Below, piece by piece: positions 61,116-64,000 of a stretch of DNA of 64,000 nucleotides; the stretch's first letter is position 1; the number at the start of each line of letters is the position of its first letter. Source of the DNA: Scenedesmus sp. PABB004 (taxonomy: Eukaryota); assembly GCA_014905635.1 (NCBI GenBank), contig JABVCE010000014.1, forward strand, positions 1 to 64,000. The letters run 5' to 3'. A program made the position numbers and the translations under genes. Below the pieces are notes generated by a model. It saw only the letters and a list, made by a program, of their open reading frames with translations, was not told the origin of the DNA and ran no database searches.

Positions 61116-64000
61116 GTGGGTGTTTGCGGGCAGCCCCGTGCCCGCCGCCGCCCCTCCCGCGCCGTCCGTCCCTCGCCCGCCCGCCCGCCCCCGCGCACCG
61201 CCCACGCGCCCACCCACCCACCACCCGCCCGCGCGCCCTCCCAAACCTCCCGCTCCTCAACCCTAAACCCTGAACCCTGAAACCCTGCAAACCTAAACAC
61301 CCCCCCCCCGCAGGACCTGTTCAACATCGTGGCGGTCGACGACTTCAACATGGGCGCGATGGAGAACAAGAGCCTCAACATCTTCAACTCCCGCCTCGTC
61401 CTCGCAGACCCAGAGTCGTCCACGGACGGCGACTACGCGCGCATTGAGGTGCGGGGCGGGGCGTGGGCCAGGGCGGGGCGGTGTGCGCGTGTGTGGGTGG
61501 GCGTGGGCGGGGCGTGGTGGTGTGAGCAAGGGAGAGAGGGAAAGGAAGGGGGGAGGGAGGGAGGAGGCCGCACCGCGCGCTGCCCCGCCGCGGTCGCGCG
61601 TGCGCCGGCGGCGCGGCGCTTGTGCGCGCGCGCCGTGCGAATGCATTGTCTAGCACGGCTTGACAGCGCATTCGCACGCCGCTCGCCCACAAGCGCTGCG
61701 CCGCGGCCGCGCGCGGCGGGCAGGTCGGGCGGCGGGCAGGCGAGCTGGGGCAGCGCCGCCGCAGCAGCCCCGCGCCGGCGGCGCGGCGCTTGTGCGCGCG
61801 CGCCGTGCGAATGCATTGTCTAGCACGGCTTGACAGCGCATTCGCACGCCGCTCGCCCACAAGCGCTGCGCCGCGGCCGCGCGCGGCGGGCAGGTCGGGC
61901 GGCGGGCAGGCGAGCTGGGGCAGCGCCGCCGCAGCAGCCCCGCGCCGGCGGCGCGGCGCTTGTGCGCGCGCGCCGTGCGAATGCATTGTCTAGCACGGCT
62001 TGACAGCGCATTCGCACGCCGCTCGCCCACAAGCGCTGCGCCGCGGCCGCGCGCGGCGGGCAGGTCGGGCGGCGGGCAGGCGAGCTGGGGCAGCGCCGCC
62101 GCAGCAGCCCCGCGCCGGCGGCGCGGCGCTTGTGCGCGCGCGCCGTGCGAATGCATTGTCTAGCACGGCTTGACAGCGCATTCGCACGCCGCTCGCCCAC
62201 AAGCGCTGCGCCGCGGCCGCGCGCGGCGGGCAGGTCGGGCGGCGGGCAGGCGAGCTGGGGCAGCGCCGCCGCAGCAGCCCCGCGCCGGCGGCGCGGCGCT
62301 TGTGCGCGCGCGCCGTGCGAATGCATTGTCTAGCACGGCTTGACAGCGCATTCGCACGCCGCTCGCCCACAAGCGCTGCGCCGCGGCCGCGCGCGGCGGG
62401 CAGGTCGGGCGGCGGGCAGGCGAGCTGGGGCAGCGCCGCCGCAGCAGCCCCGCGCCGGCGGCGCGGCGCTTGTGCGCGCGCGCCGTGCGAATGCATTGTC
62501 TAGCACGGCTTGACAGCGCATTCGCACGCCGCTCGCCCACAAGCGCTGCGCCGCGGCCGCGCGCGGCGGGCAGGTCGGGCGGCGGGCAGGCGAGCTGGGG
62601 CAGCGCCGCCGCAGCAGCCCCGCGCCGGCGGCGCGGCGCTTGTGCGCGCGCGCCGTGCGAATGCATTGTCAAGCACGGCTTGACAGCGCATTCGCACGCC
62701 GCTCGCCCGCAAGCGCCGCGGCCGCGCGCGGCAGGCGGGTTGGGCGGCGGGCGGGCGAGCTGGGGCAGCGCCGCCGCAGCAGCCCCGCCGCGGCCGCGCG
62801 CGCGCGCCGGCGGCGCGGCGCTTGTGCGCGCGCGCCGTGCGAATGCATTGTCAAGCACGGCTTGACAGCGCATTCGCACGCCGCTCGCCCGCAAGCGCCG
62901 CGCTGCGGCCGTGCGCGGCCGGCGGGTCTGGCGCCGCGGTTCCTGCCTCGCCCGCTGTGATCCGCGCCCGCGGCGGCCGTGCTGGCGCTGACGCCCGCCC
63001 GCGCCCTGCCTCCGCCGCCGCCGTGCCCCGCTCCGCCCCGCCGCGCGGCGCAGGGCGTGGTGGGGCACGAGTACTTCCACAAGTGAGTAGCTGCTGCCGG
63101 GCCGGCCCAAACCCGCCAGCCCAGCCCTGACGGCCCACCGCAGCCGCGCGGCCGCCGCGGGGCAGCTCGCGCCGGTGCCGCGCCCCGACGCTGTCCCCCG
63201 CCGTCCCCGCCGCCGCCGCTCACGCCGCGCCGCGCGCCGCACGCGCGCCCGCCGTAGCTGGACCGGCAACCGCGTGACGTGCCGCGACTGGTTCCAACTC
63301 ACGCTCAAGGTCAGGCAGGGGCGGCCCCCGGCCCGCCGCCCGCCGCGCCGCACCCCCCCCCCTGCCCCGCCGGCCTCGCCGCCGCTGCCGCCGCCCGACG
63401 CGCGCCGCCGCCGCCCCCCGCCGCGCGCCCGCCGTGCCGCCGCGCAGGAGGGCCTGACCGTGTTCCGGGACCAGGGCTTCAGCGCCGACATGAACAGCAG
63501 GGCCGTGAAGCGCATCGAGGTGCGCGCGGCAGCGCGCCGCGGGAGCAGCGGGGGGCCGCGGCGGCGCGGCAGGGCGGCGCGCGGGCGGTGTGCGCGCGCC
63601 GAGGCCGCTCCCTCCCTGCACGCGCGGCGCGCCGCGCCGCGCGCGCGCCCACCCGCTCCTCGCTCCCGCCCTTCCTCCCTCACCCGCGCGCACGCCAGGA
63701 CGTCGCGGTGCTGCGCGCGAGCCAGTTCAGCGAGGACGCGGGGCCCATGGCGCACCCGATCCGCCCCGACAGCTACATCAAGATGGACAACTTTTACACA
63801 GTCACAGTCTACGAGAAGGTGCGTGCGCGCGCGTGTGCCTGTGTGACTGTGCGTGCCTGTGTTTGTGTGCGTGTGTGTGCCTGTGTGCGTGCCTGTGTGC
63901 CTGTGTGTGTCCGCGCGCCCGCGCCTGCGCGTGCCTGTGTGCGTGCGTGCGTGCGTGCGCGCGTGCGCGCGTCGGTGCCTCGCGCGCTGCGCCGCGCCGG
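59068..64000 (+). CDS. pepN: M1 aminopeptidase N (alanyl aminopeptidase), runs off the window end
   Basis: [88 protein letters not shown]. Confidence 0.96.
61048..61094. repeat. (TG)n microsatellite, intronic
   Basis: ~23 TG units in a pepN intron. Confidence 0.9.
61602..62905. repeat. 170-bp tandem array, each unit with a long hairpin (8 hairpins), in pepN intron 61449-63053
   Basis: TGTGCGCGCGCGCCGTGCGAATGC recurs at 61621, 61791, 61961, 62131, 62301, 62471, 62641, 62823. Confidence 0.95.

Noticed and set aside
61602..62905. CRISPR-like array interpretation
   Set aside because: The linkers are identical rather than unique spacers, there are no cas genes, and the context is a eukaryotic intron

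Overview
Eukaryotic, very GC-rich, intron-dense nuclear DNA from a chlorophyte green alga. The TGTAA poly(A) signals, GTGCG/GCGCG donors, PsaH and a Chlorophyceae-type mitochondrial ATP synthase epsilon fit Sphaeropleales/Selenastraceae, but that placement is an inference. Bases 1-12.8 kb are a repeat island: a degenerate Ty1/copia LTR retrotransposon (513-11272) whose leader holds a rearranged ~5 kb L1-like non-LTR insertion with a 15-bp TSD, and whose RT holds a 36-bp retroposed stub. A 172-bp satellite follows it. Bases 13.4-64 kb are compact and gene-rich: J-domain protein, C11orf49/CSTPP1-like, F-box/ankyrin, FemAB-like/DUF482, MYND finger, PsaH, a PsaH-promoter/ankyrin chimeric duplication, SNAPC5-like, RPL30, MenA, RPF1, MFS transporter, two tandem VAMP7, ATP synthase epsilon, nucleoside hydrolase, an unknown gene, EDR2-like and aminopeptidase N. 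The most striking features are an intronic array of eight near-identical pre-miRNA-like hairpins in pepN, the nested LINE/satellite cassette, the PsaH-ankyrin chimera and a high frequency of GC-AG introns. Exon boundaries and homology calls were made by eye, without database searches.
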